NCBI GenBank assembly: GCA_965203905.1
Contig: CBDBDQ010000005.1
Location: 3,392,001-3,456,000, forward strand
DNA: 64,000 nt
Direction: 5' to 3'
Source: Spirochaetia bacterium
GTDB lineage: Bacteria; Spirochaetota; Spirochaetia; SZUA-6; Bin103
A program made the position numbers and the translations under genes. The notes beneath the pieces are model-generated. The model did no database searches. It was not told the origin of the DNA and saw only the letters and a list, made by a program, of their open reading frames with translations. Below are positions 50,081 to 58,203 of the stretch, piece after piece. The first letter of the stretch is position 1. The number at the start of each line of letters is the position of its first letter.

Positions 50081-51231
50081 TTCTCGGCAAACGGATCGGT
50101 GGCGTCTCTGATCCCGTCGCCAAGGAAGTTGAAAGCCAGGACGACCACCACCACGAATACCGCGGGGATGATATACCAGGGGTGGTTGAGGAGGCGATTC
50201 ACGCTTTGCGCCTCACTCAGCAGAGCTCCCCAGCTGGTCATCGGCGGCCTGATCCCCAGGCCGAGGAAGCTGAGCGCGGTTTCCCCCAGTATCATTCCCG
50301 GTACCGCCAAAGTCACCACGACAATGATGTAGGTGAGGCAGGAGGGTATGAGATGGACCCTGATGATGCGGCTGTGGCTGGCGCCCAGATTTCTCGCTGC
50401 CAGCACGAATTGACGTTCCCGCAAGGAGAGCACCATGCCGCGCAGCACCCTGGCGACGCTGGTCCATCCGGTGAACGACAGGATCACGGTGATGCCGAAG
50501 TACACCTGAATCGGCGACCACTCTGCGGGCAGTGCAATGCTCAGCGCCATCCACAGCGGAATGGTCGGCACCGATCGTACCACTTCGATTGCCCTCTGGA
50601 TCAGGTTGTCGGCGATACCGGCCGCATATCCTGAGGCGATACCGATGATCACCCCAAGGATGACGCTGATCATGACGCCTACCCAACCGACGGTGAGGCT
50701 GATCCTGCCCCCGAACAGCACCCGCGACAGCATGTCACGGCCAAACTTGTCGGTGCCGAACAACACCAGGTAGCCTTCCCGGACGCCTATCAGATGCAGA
50801 TTCGACTTGATCGGCAGAAATCCGAGGAGTCGGTAACTGACGTCACCCGCCACCAGAAAATGAATTGGATACTGCTCCTCGGAGAGTTCCACGAACTCTA
50901 TCGTATAGGTCTCCGTGTTGGTTCTCTTCTCGTGCCCGTACACGAAAGGACGCAGGTGGAAGCGGCCTTCTCTATCCACAAAGTGAATGCGCTGCGGAGG
51001 ATGGTTCTCGTATCCCTTCAGTTCATCGGTCAACAGGTAAGGGGCGAAAAACTCGGTGCCTGCCACCGAGACCACATAGATCGCGATAAGAAACCAGAGA
51101 GTAGCCCGGGCCATCCGATGGCGTTTGAAACGACGCCATATGAGCTGGCGGTAGCTGAGGCCGGTGGCTCGCTGCACGCTGTCCTGGAAGTGCACCGTAT
51201 CCGCTTCGTGGCGTTTGCTCGCTACTGCCAT
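50077..51231 (-). CDS. ABC permease OppC-like
   Basis: FGTDKFGRD, FV.AA, HLIP, LSFLGLG, GDGIRDA.DP. Confidence 0.92.
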   Translation of the reverse strand: MAVASKRHEADTVHFQDSVQRATGLSYRQLIWRRFKRHRMARATLWFLIAIYVVSVAGTEFFAPYLLTDELKGYENHPPQRIHFVDREGRFHLRPFVYGHEKRTNTETYTIEFVELSEEQYPIHFLVAGDVSYRLLGFLPIKSNLHLIGVREGYLVLFGTDKFGRDMLSRVLFGGRISLTVGWVGVMISVILGVIIGIASGYAAGIADNLIQRAIEVVRSVPTIPLWMALSIALPAEWSPIQVYFGITVILSFTGWTSVARVLRGMVLSLRERQFVLAARNLGASHSRIIRVHLIPSCLTYIIVVVTLAVPGMILGETALSFLGLGIRPPMTSWGALLSEAQSVNRLLNHPWYIIPAVFVVVVVLAFNFLGDGIRDATDPFAEK

Positions 51232-51266
51232 CAGTGCCGCCCCGCGTTCGCTCTCGGTATCGTTCC

Positions 51267-52250
51267 TCAGTCGAACTGGATGCGGGGATCGGTCCAGGCC
51301 AGCACGATATCGGCAAGCAGGTTACCGATAAGGAGCATGAACGACAGCACAATCAGCATGCTGCCGGCGAGAAACATGTCGCGCTGGCGCAAGGCTTGCA
51401 GCAGGAGCGGACCGGTGGTCGGCAATCCCAACACGATGGAAACGATGGTCGAGCCGCCAATAATTGTCGGCAGCTGCATGCCGAGGGAGGTGATGATCGG
51501 ATTGAGCGCCTCACGAACCACGTACTTTCGGACCACGCGCTTCTCCCGGAGTCCCTTGGCGCGGGCGACGTTGACATGCGCGCTGCCGATGATATCCAGG
51601 ACATTGCCCCGCATCACCCTCATCATCCCAGCCATTCCGGAGGTGCCGATGATGACGATCGGAACCCAGATATGGGCGAGCATGTCCAGCAGCTTGGCCA
51701 GGCTCCACGGTGCTTCGACGAACTGCGGCGAGAACAGTCCTCCGGGAGATATGCCGAACGCGTGCATGGACAGCATGATGAACAACAGCGCCAACAGAAA
51801 GTTCGGCGTGGCCAGCCCGATGAACCCCAGAAACGTAAATATCTGATCACTGAACCGGTACTGGTGGGTGGCCGAGTAGATGCCAATGGGTATGGCGAGC
51901 AGCACCGTGAAGACTATGGTCCCCACCGAAATGGCGGCCGTGAGCAGAAGCCGTTCGCCGACCAATTCCGCGACCGGTTTCTGGTAGAGGAACGATTCTC
52001 CCATGTCCCCACGGAGAAAGTTGACGGCCCAGATCAGGTAGCGTTCGAAGAACGACCGGTCGAGAGCGTAGCGCTCACGCAGGGTGTCCAGGCGGTGTTG
52101 AGCTACCTCCGTTCCTTCGTTGTCGAGCTGGGCCTGCAGCACGGACACGTAGTCCCCCGGTGGCAGCTCGATGACGAAGAAGACCAGGATCGAGACCACG
52201 ATCAGAGTGGGAATCATCCCCAGCAAGCGGCGAATGATGTGGACGATCAA
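51267..52250 (-). CDS. ABC permease OppB-like
   Basis: IIRR, LPPGD, ARAKGL, DPRIQF; TTG start after AGGGAG. Confidence 0.9.
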   Translation of the reverse strand: MIVHIIRRLLGMIPTLIVVSILVFFVIELPPGDYVSVLQAQLDNEGTEVAQHRLDTLRERYALDRSFFERYLIWAVNFLRGDMGESFLYQKPVAELVGERLLLTAAISVGTIVFTVLLAIPIGIYSATHQYRFSDQIFTFLGFIGLATPNFLLALLFIMLSMHAFGISPGGLFSPQFVEAPWSLAKLLDMLAHIWVPIVIIGTSGMAGMMRVMRGNVLDIIGSAHVNVARAKGLREKRVVRKYVVREALNPIITSLGMQLPTIIGGSTIVSIVLGLPTTGPLLLQALRQRDMFLAGSMLIVLSFMLLIGNLLADIVLAWTDPRIQFD

Positions 52251-52426
52251 GGCAGCTCCCTCCCGGATCCGGATCGTCGGGGCAAATGCCCGCGAGAGGC
52301 GAGACGGTGCCCAGACGCTACCATTGATACCGCGGCCGCTCAAGTGCTGTGCGCGCATCACACCGATCACACCATCACACCCGCACGGATCGACGAACGG
52401 CGGCGCAACCGCTACGCTACGGCCCC

Positions 52427-54067
52427 GTGACTGGATACGACTACATCACGCAGATTCTCAAGTCCGAAGGGGTCGAGTGGCTGGCCTGCTTTCCCCAGAC
52501 CCCGATGATCGAAGCCGCGGCCGTGGCCGGGATACGGCCAATCGCGTTCCGCCATGAGCGCGGGGCGGTGATGGCCGCCGACGGCTACAGCCGCACCAGC
52601 GACCGGCGCCGGTTCGGCGTGGTGACGGTGCAGGCCCAGGCGGGGGCGGAGAACGCGCTCGGCGGGTTGGCCCAGGCCGGCGCCGACAACATCCCGGTGC
52701 TGCTGCTGCCCGCCGGCAACGCGCGCGACACCGTGACGCGGCCGAATTTCTCCGCCGCACGCACCTTCCAGGGCGTGGCCAAGCAGGTGGAGCCGATCCT
52801 GCGCCGCGACCAGATCGGGGCGGTGATGCGGCGCGCCTTCCACGGCCTGCGCAACGGCGCGCCCGGGCCGGTGGTGGTGGAGCTGACCCAGGACGTGTGC
52901 GCCGAGGAAGTGCCGCCCGCAGAACGCACCTACCGTTCACCGCGCGCGGCGCGCCAGGTGCCCGCGGCGGCCGACGTGGCCGCGGCCGCCGAATTGCTGC
53001 GCAGCGCCGTGAAGCCGTTGATCTGGGCCGGCGCCGGGGTGCTGGCGGCCGGTGCCAGCGCGGACCTGGCCCGCCTGGCCGAGCTGCTGGCGGCGCCGGT
53101 GTTCTGCACCATGCCCGGCAAGTCGGCGCTGCCCGAGACCCATCCCCTGTGCCTCGGCGCCGGCAGCGGCACCACCACCCTGGCTGCCCACCGCTGGCTG
53201 GGCGAGTGCGACGTGCTGCTGGCCCTCGGCACCAGCCTCACGCGCAGCCCCTACGGCCAGGCGGTGCGCCCCGAGATCCGGGTGATCCACAACAGCGTCA
53301 ACGTGGACGATATCAACAAGGACGAGGCCGCCGCGGTAGCTCTGCCGGGCGATGCCGGGCTCACCATCGAGGCACTGATCGAGGAGTTCCGGTCACGGCC
53401 GGCAGGTGCGGACGCCGTGGCGGATACCGCCGGCCGGGTCGCCTCCATCCGTGAGCAATGGCTGGCGGAGTGGACGCCGGCGCTGACCGGCGACGACGAG
53501 CCGTTGAGCTACTACCGCGTGGTGCACGCCCTGAACGAGGTGCTGGATCCCGATAGCAGCATGGTGACCCACGACGCCGGGGCGCCGCGCGACTGCATGG
53601 TGCCGTTCTATCGCGCCACCGTTCCGCACAGCTACGTCGGCTGGGGCAAGACCACCCACCTGGGGTTCGGCCTGCCGCTGATGATCGGAGCCAAGCTGGC
53701 GCATCCCGACAAGTTCTGCCTCAACGTGATGGGCGACGGCGCCTTCGGCATGTCCGGCCTCGACCTGGAGACCGCCGTGCGCGCCGGCGTCCCCATCACC
53801 ACCGTGCTGCTCAACAACGGCGCCATGGCCACCTACAGCGGCGCGCGGGACCTGATCGGACCGACCGCCCGCGCCGCCGGCGTGAGCACCATGGGCGGCA
53901 ACTACGCCGCCTTGGCGCAGTCGCTCGGCGCCCACGGCATCGAGGTGCGCAGCGCCGCCGAGCTGGAACGGGCGCTGGCCGAGGCGCAGCGCCTGAACGC
54001 CGCCGGCAGCACGGTCCTGATCGACGTCCACGTCAACGTCGAGTCGCGCCGGTCGCGTTTCGGGTGA
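52427..54067 (+). CDS. Thiamine diphosphate-dependent enzyme (acetolactate synthase-like family)
   Basis: RHE..A..AADG, GDGAFGM...LNN ThDP motif. Confidence 0.9.
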   Translation: MTGYDYITQILKSEGVEWLACFPQTPMIEAAAVAGIRPIAFRHERGAVMAADGYSRTSDRRRFGVVTVQAQAGAENALGGLAQAGADNIPVLLLPAGNARDTVTRPNFSAARTFQGVAKQVEPILRRDQIGAVMRRAFHGLRNGAPGPVVVELTQDVCAEEVPPAERTYRSPRAARQVPAAADVAAAAELLRSAVKPLIWAGAGVLAAGASADLARLAELLAAPVFCTMPGKSALPETHPLCLGAGSGTTTLAAHRWLGECDVLLALGTSLTRSPYGQAVRPEIRVIHNSVNVDDINKDEAAAVALPGDAGLTIEALIEEFRSRPAGADAVADTAGRVASIREQWLAEWTPALTGDDEPLSYYRVVHALNEVLDPDSSMVTHDAGAPRDCMVPFYRATVPHSYVGWGKTTHLGFGLPLMIGAKLAHPDKFCLNVMGDGAFGMSGLDLETAVRAGVPITTVLLNNGAMATYSGARDLIGPTARAAGVSTMGGNYAALAQSLGAHGIEVRSAAELERALAEAQRLNAAGSTVLIDVHVNVESRRSRFG

Positions 54068-54108
54068 TGCACTTGCCACCGGGGAGCCGGATTATTTTGG
54101 CTGCACCG

Positions 54109-54157
54109 AAAAACTTCCGTAAGTTTTTTTGACACCACCTAGAATTGCCCGTACCAT
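54109..54157 (+). promoter_or_regulatory. sigma70 promoter (TTGACA-17-TACCAT) with abutting palindrome AAAAACTT-ccgt-AAGTTTTT
   Basis: TTGACA 54129-54134, TACCAT 54152-54157, GTG start 6 nt downstream (leaderless). Confidence 0.7.
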
Positions 54158-54163
54158 GACGCG

Positions 54164-55270
54164 GTGGATCTACGCTACCTGGACGCGGTCGTGCGGGCCG
54201 ACCTGGAGGCCAAGATGGTGTTCGTGGCCGGGCCCCGCCAGGTCGGCAAGACGACGCTGGCGAAGCAGATACTGCCGGATCCGGCCGGTTACCTGAACTG
54301 GGATGTTCCCGCGCACCGCGAGGCGATCCTCACCCGCGAGCTGCCGCCGGTGCCGATGCTGGTGCTCGATGAATTGCACAAGTACCGGTCATGGCGCAAC
54401 TACCTGAAGGGCCTGTTCGACGGTGCCGGCCACCGCGTGCGCATCCTGGTGACCGGAAGCGCCCGGCTCGACGCCTACCGGCGCGGCGGTGACTCGCTGC
54501 AAGGTCGCTATCACCTGCATCGGCTGCATCCCTTGTCGCTGGCCGAGCTTGGCGACCCGGCGGCCTTGCGCGACCTGTTGCGGTTAGGCGGCTTTCCCGA
54601 GCCATTCTTGTCCGGCTCCGAGCGGACCGCGCGCCGCTGGTCACGCGAATATCGTACGCTGCTGATCCAGGAGGAGGTCACCTCCCTCGAACAAGTCGTC
54701 GATCTCGGCAACCTGGAGTTGCTGGCGTTACGCCTACCGGAGCTGGTCGGCGCCCCGCTGTCGCTCAACGCGCTACGCGAGGACCTCGGCGTGAGCCATG
54801 ACGCGGTGCGACGCTGGGTCGCGGTACTGGAGCGGCTCTACGCCGTGGTCCGGCTGAGTCCGTTCGGTGCGCCGGCCATTCGCGCCATCAAGAAGGCGCA
54901 AAAGCACTATCTGTTCGACTGGACCCAGGTGCCGGAGCTGCCGCAGCGGTTCGAGAACCTGGTCGCCATGGCGCTGCTCAAGTGGGTTCACCAGCAGCAG
55001 GATGCCGAGGGGCAGGACCTGGAGCTGCGCTATTTCCGCGATCTCGACGGCCGCGAAGTCGACTTCGTCGTCACCGAGCGCCGGGTGCCGGTCCTGCTGG
55101 TGGAGGCGAAGTGGGCCGACACCGGGGTCGACCGTAATCTGCGCTACCTGAAGCGGCGCTTCCCCACAGCCGACGCGTGGCAGCTCAGCGCAACCGGAAC
55201 CAAGGACGCGCACACCCCCGAAGGCATCCGCCTGGCCCCCGCCCCACGCCTGCTCAGCCGGCTGGCATGA
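54164..55270 (+). CDS. AAA_14 family ATPase with DUF4143 domain
   Basis: GPRQVGKTT, LDELHK, TGSARL, GGFP, K.YLFD, FEN, REVDF..VEAK. Confidence 0.9.
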   Translation: MDLRYLDAVVRADLEAKMVFVAGPRQVGKTTLAKQILPDPAGYLNWDVPAHREAILTRELPPVPMLVLDELHKYRSWRNYLKGLFDGAGHRVRILVTGSARLDAYRRGGDSLQGRYHLHRLHPLSLAELGDPAALRDLLRLGGFPEPFLSGSERTARRWSREYRTLLIQEEVTSLEQVVDLGNLELLALRLPELVGAPLSLNALREDLGVSHDAVRRWVAVLERLYAVVRLSPFGAPAIRAIKKAQKHYLFDWTQVPELPQRFENLVAMALLKWVHQQQDAEGQDLELRYFRDLDGREVDFVVTERRVPVLLVEAKWADTGVDRNLRYLKRRFPTADAWQLSATGTKDAHTPEGIRLAPAPRLLSRLA

Positions 55271-55435
55271 CGAGCCCTGGACGGCAATCTCGTTTTGTTC
55301 CGCAGTGGAACACATTTGCTCGGTCCATGCGTCTTCAAGGGTTGAGCGGGCGCCGCGATCAGTCTCTTGACCGCGGCCAGCACCTGCCCTGGAGGTCGAT
55401 CGCGATGCAAGCGGTGCGGGCACACCTCGGAGGAC

Positions 55436-55775
55436 TCATAACGCAAGGACCAGCCGGAGACCGGCATCCACGTCGGCAAGGTCGTCCGACGTCAACCGGC
55501 CGGCCCGCTCTACAAGCCTTCTTTGATCGAGGCAGCTTACTTGCGACACGACAAGGACTGAAATCCTTGCTCAGACCCGACACCTCCGCGGCCACGAAGG
55601 CATTGCCCGGAGCATCGCCGAGCCGGAGGTTGGTGGTGAACGGTGCGCAGAGTACCGAGCCGATTCTGCTACGATTGAGACTGTCGGCCTGGACGATCAG
55701 GACGGGACGGCGGAATCCGGGTTCGGTGCCGAATGGAACGCCAAGGTCCGCCCACCAGATGTCACCACGAGTCAT
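55436..55775 (-). pseudogene. mazF: PemK/MazF toxin with +1 frameshift (extra T at 55561-55563)
   Basis: MTRGDIWWADL...EPGFRRPVLIVQ...GLSKD/+1/SVLVVSQVSCLDQRRLVERAGRL...VDAGLRLVLAL*. Confidence 0.85.
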
Positions 55776-56015
55776 TTCTCGTAAACTCGCGAAGACTTTC
55801 CAGTCCCGCATTCAGGGCACCAGGTGCGGGTGCCGCGCGATGGTCGCGATACACTTCGTTCAGACGCTCAGTCACGTCCGCCTGCTGGCGATTGCGCAAG
55901 AACTCCTCAAGCGCCATCGCGAAAAGCCGGCTGCGGGCAACGCCAAGTTCAGCCGCCACCAGTCCCAGGACCCGCCTCGGACTCTGCCGGAAGGGAGTCT
56001 GCCACTCCCGTACTT
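55762..56015 (-). pseudogene. RHH-type antitoxin cognate to MazF, N-terminus disrupted
   Basis: AAELGVARSRLFAMALEEFL...VTERLNEVY...W; no intact start; overlaps the MazF start. Confidence 0.65.
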
Positions 56016-56180
56016 CCGTAGTCGTGCCTCCAGGGAAGCGAAACTCGCCCTCACACGTGCGGATGAGACTCGCGAAGTGCTCGTCAAAGTCATAGTGGAG
56101 GTTCCCGCTTGCCATGCGCGTAACTCGCCCGGGCACCTTGCGGCCTGGTAGGTCCGACTTTCGTATGAGCGGCCGCGGAG

Positions 56181-56411
56181 CTATGACGCATCCCGGTGGA
56201 TCTCCACCGGCGTCAGCTTGTACACCCGCGCCATTCGTGAGGCTGTGCGTATGTCGCCCCGTCGCAGGGCGTCCCGAATGTCATCCAGACGATACGCATC
56301 GTCGAGCGTCAGGTAGGGGCTCCAGCCTCCTTCGCCTTCCATAAGATCAACGGATACCTCAGCGACATAGTTGCCTTCCCGTACCAGACGGGTCGTCTCT
56401 CGGTGGCTCAT
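56181..56411 (-). CDS. Small hypothetical protein, putative antitoxin partner of DUF4258
   Basis: MSHRETTRLVREGNYVAEVSVDL...WSPYL...LRRGD...VYKLTPV; TGATG coupling with the DUF4258 gene. Confidence 0.7.
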   Translation of the reverse strand: MSHRETTRLVREGNYVAEVSVDLMEGEGGWSPYLTLDDAYRLDDIRDALRRGDIRTASRMARVYKLTPVEIHRDAS

Positions 56412-56731
56412 CAAACCCTCCGCAGGTAGTCTTCCGTCCACAATACCGGGTCGGGCCGGTACGCAGTCACGATGACGGCCGGACTGTCCGATCCAGCCGG
56501 TATTCCCCAGAGGACATGGATGAATTGATCCCCCTCATCGCTCTGCCGGACCAGCACGCATGGCCCCTTCGGATAGTCGGGATAGTCTTCGACAAGAACG
56601 GCGCGACCGATGCCCCGTATCAACTCCCGTGTGCGGAGGCCGTCAGCTGCCGCTTCATCATACCCGTGAGCAGATACTCGGACCTCGCCGGCTGTGACGA
56701 GGCTCTTTACTCTGGCAAGGGTCCTACTCAC
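56411..56731 (-). CDS. DUF4258 domain protein (putative toxin)
   Basis: SAHG, VEDYPDYPKGP.VL, IHVLWG, VTAYRPDP..W. Confidence 0.85.
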   Translation of the reverse strand: MSRTLARVKSLVTAGEVRVSAHGYDEAAADGLRTRELIRGIGRAVLVEDYPDYPKGPCVLVRQSDEGDQFIHVLWGIPAGSDSPAVIVTAYRPDPVLWTEDYLRRV

Positions 56732-56805
56732 CGTGACTCACGAACCCGTCCTGACTGTCACATCCTAATCATTCGCAGCAAGATCACCAACTACACTGCG
56801 TTCTG

Positions 56806-57075
56806 CTACTGCGCGTAGGGGGCGTCGGCGTCGCGCAGGCCGTCGCCGACGAAGTTGAAGGCCAGCACGGTGACCACGATCGCCACCCCGGGCAGGAACA
56901 GCCATGGCGCCAGCGCCACGGCGCGGATGTTCTGCACCCCGGTCAGCAGCACCCCCCAGCTTATCACCGGCTCGCGCAGCCCCAGGCCGAGGAAGCTGAG
57001 ACTGGTCTCGGCCAGGATCATCTCCGGCACGCGCAGCGTGAGCACGGCGATCAGGTGGCTGCTGAACGACGGCAC
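56806..57075 (-). pseudogene. C-terminal fragment of an OppC-type permease
   Basis: PEMILAETSLSFLGLGLR...SWG.LL...NFVGDGLRDA; no N-terminus. Confidence 0.85.
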
Positions 57076-57077
57076 TA

Positions 57078-57323
57078 ATCTCGTTCGGCAGGGTCGAGGC
57101 GCTGCGGCGGTACCTGGCGGACGAATTCGCCACCGGCACGTCGCCCGACGGCGGCTCGCCGCTCCACCACCTGCGCGACGACACCGACCACCTGGAACAG
57201 GTGATAGCCGCGCCCATCAAGGCGGGTGCGGACCTCACGGCCCGAGACTCGCACGGGCAGACGCCCCACGAGAGCGCCGTGCGCCGCGGGGAGGCCGCCG
57301 TCGCGGCCCTGCTGGCGCCCTGA
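57078..57323 (+). pseudogene. C-terminal fragment of an ankyrin-repeat protein (absent from ORF track)
   Basis: Own translation: ...DGGSPLHHL...KAGADLTARDSHGQTPHESAVRRGEAAVAALLAP*; no start codon. Confidence 0.7.
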
Positions 57324-57371
57324 CCCGCGGCCTTGGTCATGGTCATGGTGGCGGCGTGTTCATTCACGCAG

Positions 57372-57677
57372 TCAGGCGGCGATGTCGCGCCGGCCGTGCA
57401 GCACACGCCATACGTCGATGTGACCGTCATGCTCGACGTAGAACAACACGTAAGGGTAGCGCCGGAGGGCCCAGGAGCGTAGTTCCGGCACGTCCAGTTC
57501 CGAAGCATACCGGGATGACCCTGACGCGGGATACTGCGCTAGGTGCCGGTAGGCCCTTTCGAGTTCGTCGATGAAGCCAAGCGCAGCATGCGCCTCTCCT
57601 GTGCTGAGGTAGTGATCAAGCGCCTCGTCCACATCGCGAACGGCGCTCGCCCGTTGAACGACCGGCTTGGGGTTCAA
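57372..57677 (-). CDS. parE: ParE/RelE family toxin
   Basis: AVRDV, GFIDELE, P.SGS, RYPY.LFY, VWRVLHG.RD. Confidence 0.88.
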   Translation of the reverse strand: MNPKPVVQRASAVRDVDEALDHYLSTGEAHAALGFIDELERAYRHLAQYPASGSSRYASELDVPELRSWALRRYPYVLFYVEHDGHIDVWRVLHGRRDIAA

Positions 57678-57916
57678 CCGTGGGATCGTGAACGAACGCT
57701 GTCTCGCAGGTTGGCGAAGTCGGCGGCGTCCACCGGTTCCGACGCCGCCGACTCGGCCCCCTCCAACAGCAGCCGTCGCAGATGCTGCCGATCCTGATCG
57801 TGGCGGATCAGGGCGCGGACGTACTCGCTGCAGGTTCCGAAACCACGCCCGGAGACCTGTTCGTCCACGAACGACTTGAGCGTTGCCGGAAGCGAAATGT
57901 TCATCGTGGTATTCAC
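57674..57916 (-). CDS. parD: ParD family antitoxin (RHH)
   Basis: TMNISLP..LKSFVDEQV...SEYVR.LIR...LLLEG..S; TTGCCA-17-TAACCT promoter 7 nt upstream of the GTG. Confidence 0.88.
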   Translation of the reverse strand: MNTTMNISLPATLKSFVDEQVSGRGFGTCSEYVRALIRHDQDRQHLRRLLLEGAESAASEPVDAADFANLRDSVRSRSHG

Positions 57917-58077
57917 GTCGAGCAGGTTACGTAGAATGACAACAATTGGCAAGACGCGAACGAGACGGGTGAGGCGGGACAGGCCGGGCACTACCGGGCC
58001 GGGAGCTAACCGTATTAGTAATGCCCCGGATGGTGGAATCGATGAAAGCGACGGCTTGGGGCCCGGTGCGATGAGGG

Positions 58078-58194
58078 GACGTGCCGGGGTTCGGCGCCCG
58101 GCTGAATCTCGGCGCCGCGCTCATGGCGCATACCTGCAAGCCGGGCGCCGCCGACGAGATGTTCGCCGTCAATCAGCCGGCCGCCGGCAACCTT
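58078..58194 (+). pseudogene. Short fragment of the same ricin-like lectin gene family as 36478-36879
   Basis: DVPGFGARLNLGAALMAHTCKPGAADEMFAVNQPAAGNL; many third-position differences from the other copy. Confidence 0.7.
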
Positions 58195-58203
58195 TCGACT
58201 CTG

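Noticed and set aside
55364-55389. 26-bp near-match to the PIN gene at ~62867-62892 as an att site
   Set aside because: Too short and in-frame similar (GQVLAAVK); better explained as a PIN gene relic, so it is counted under the mosaic finding
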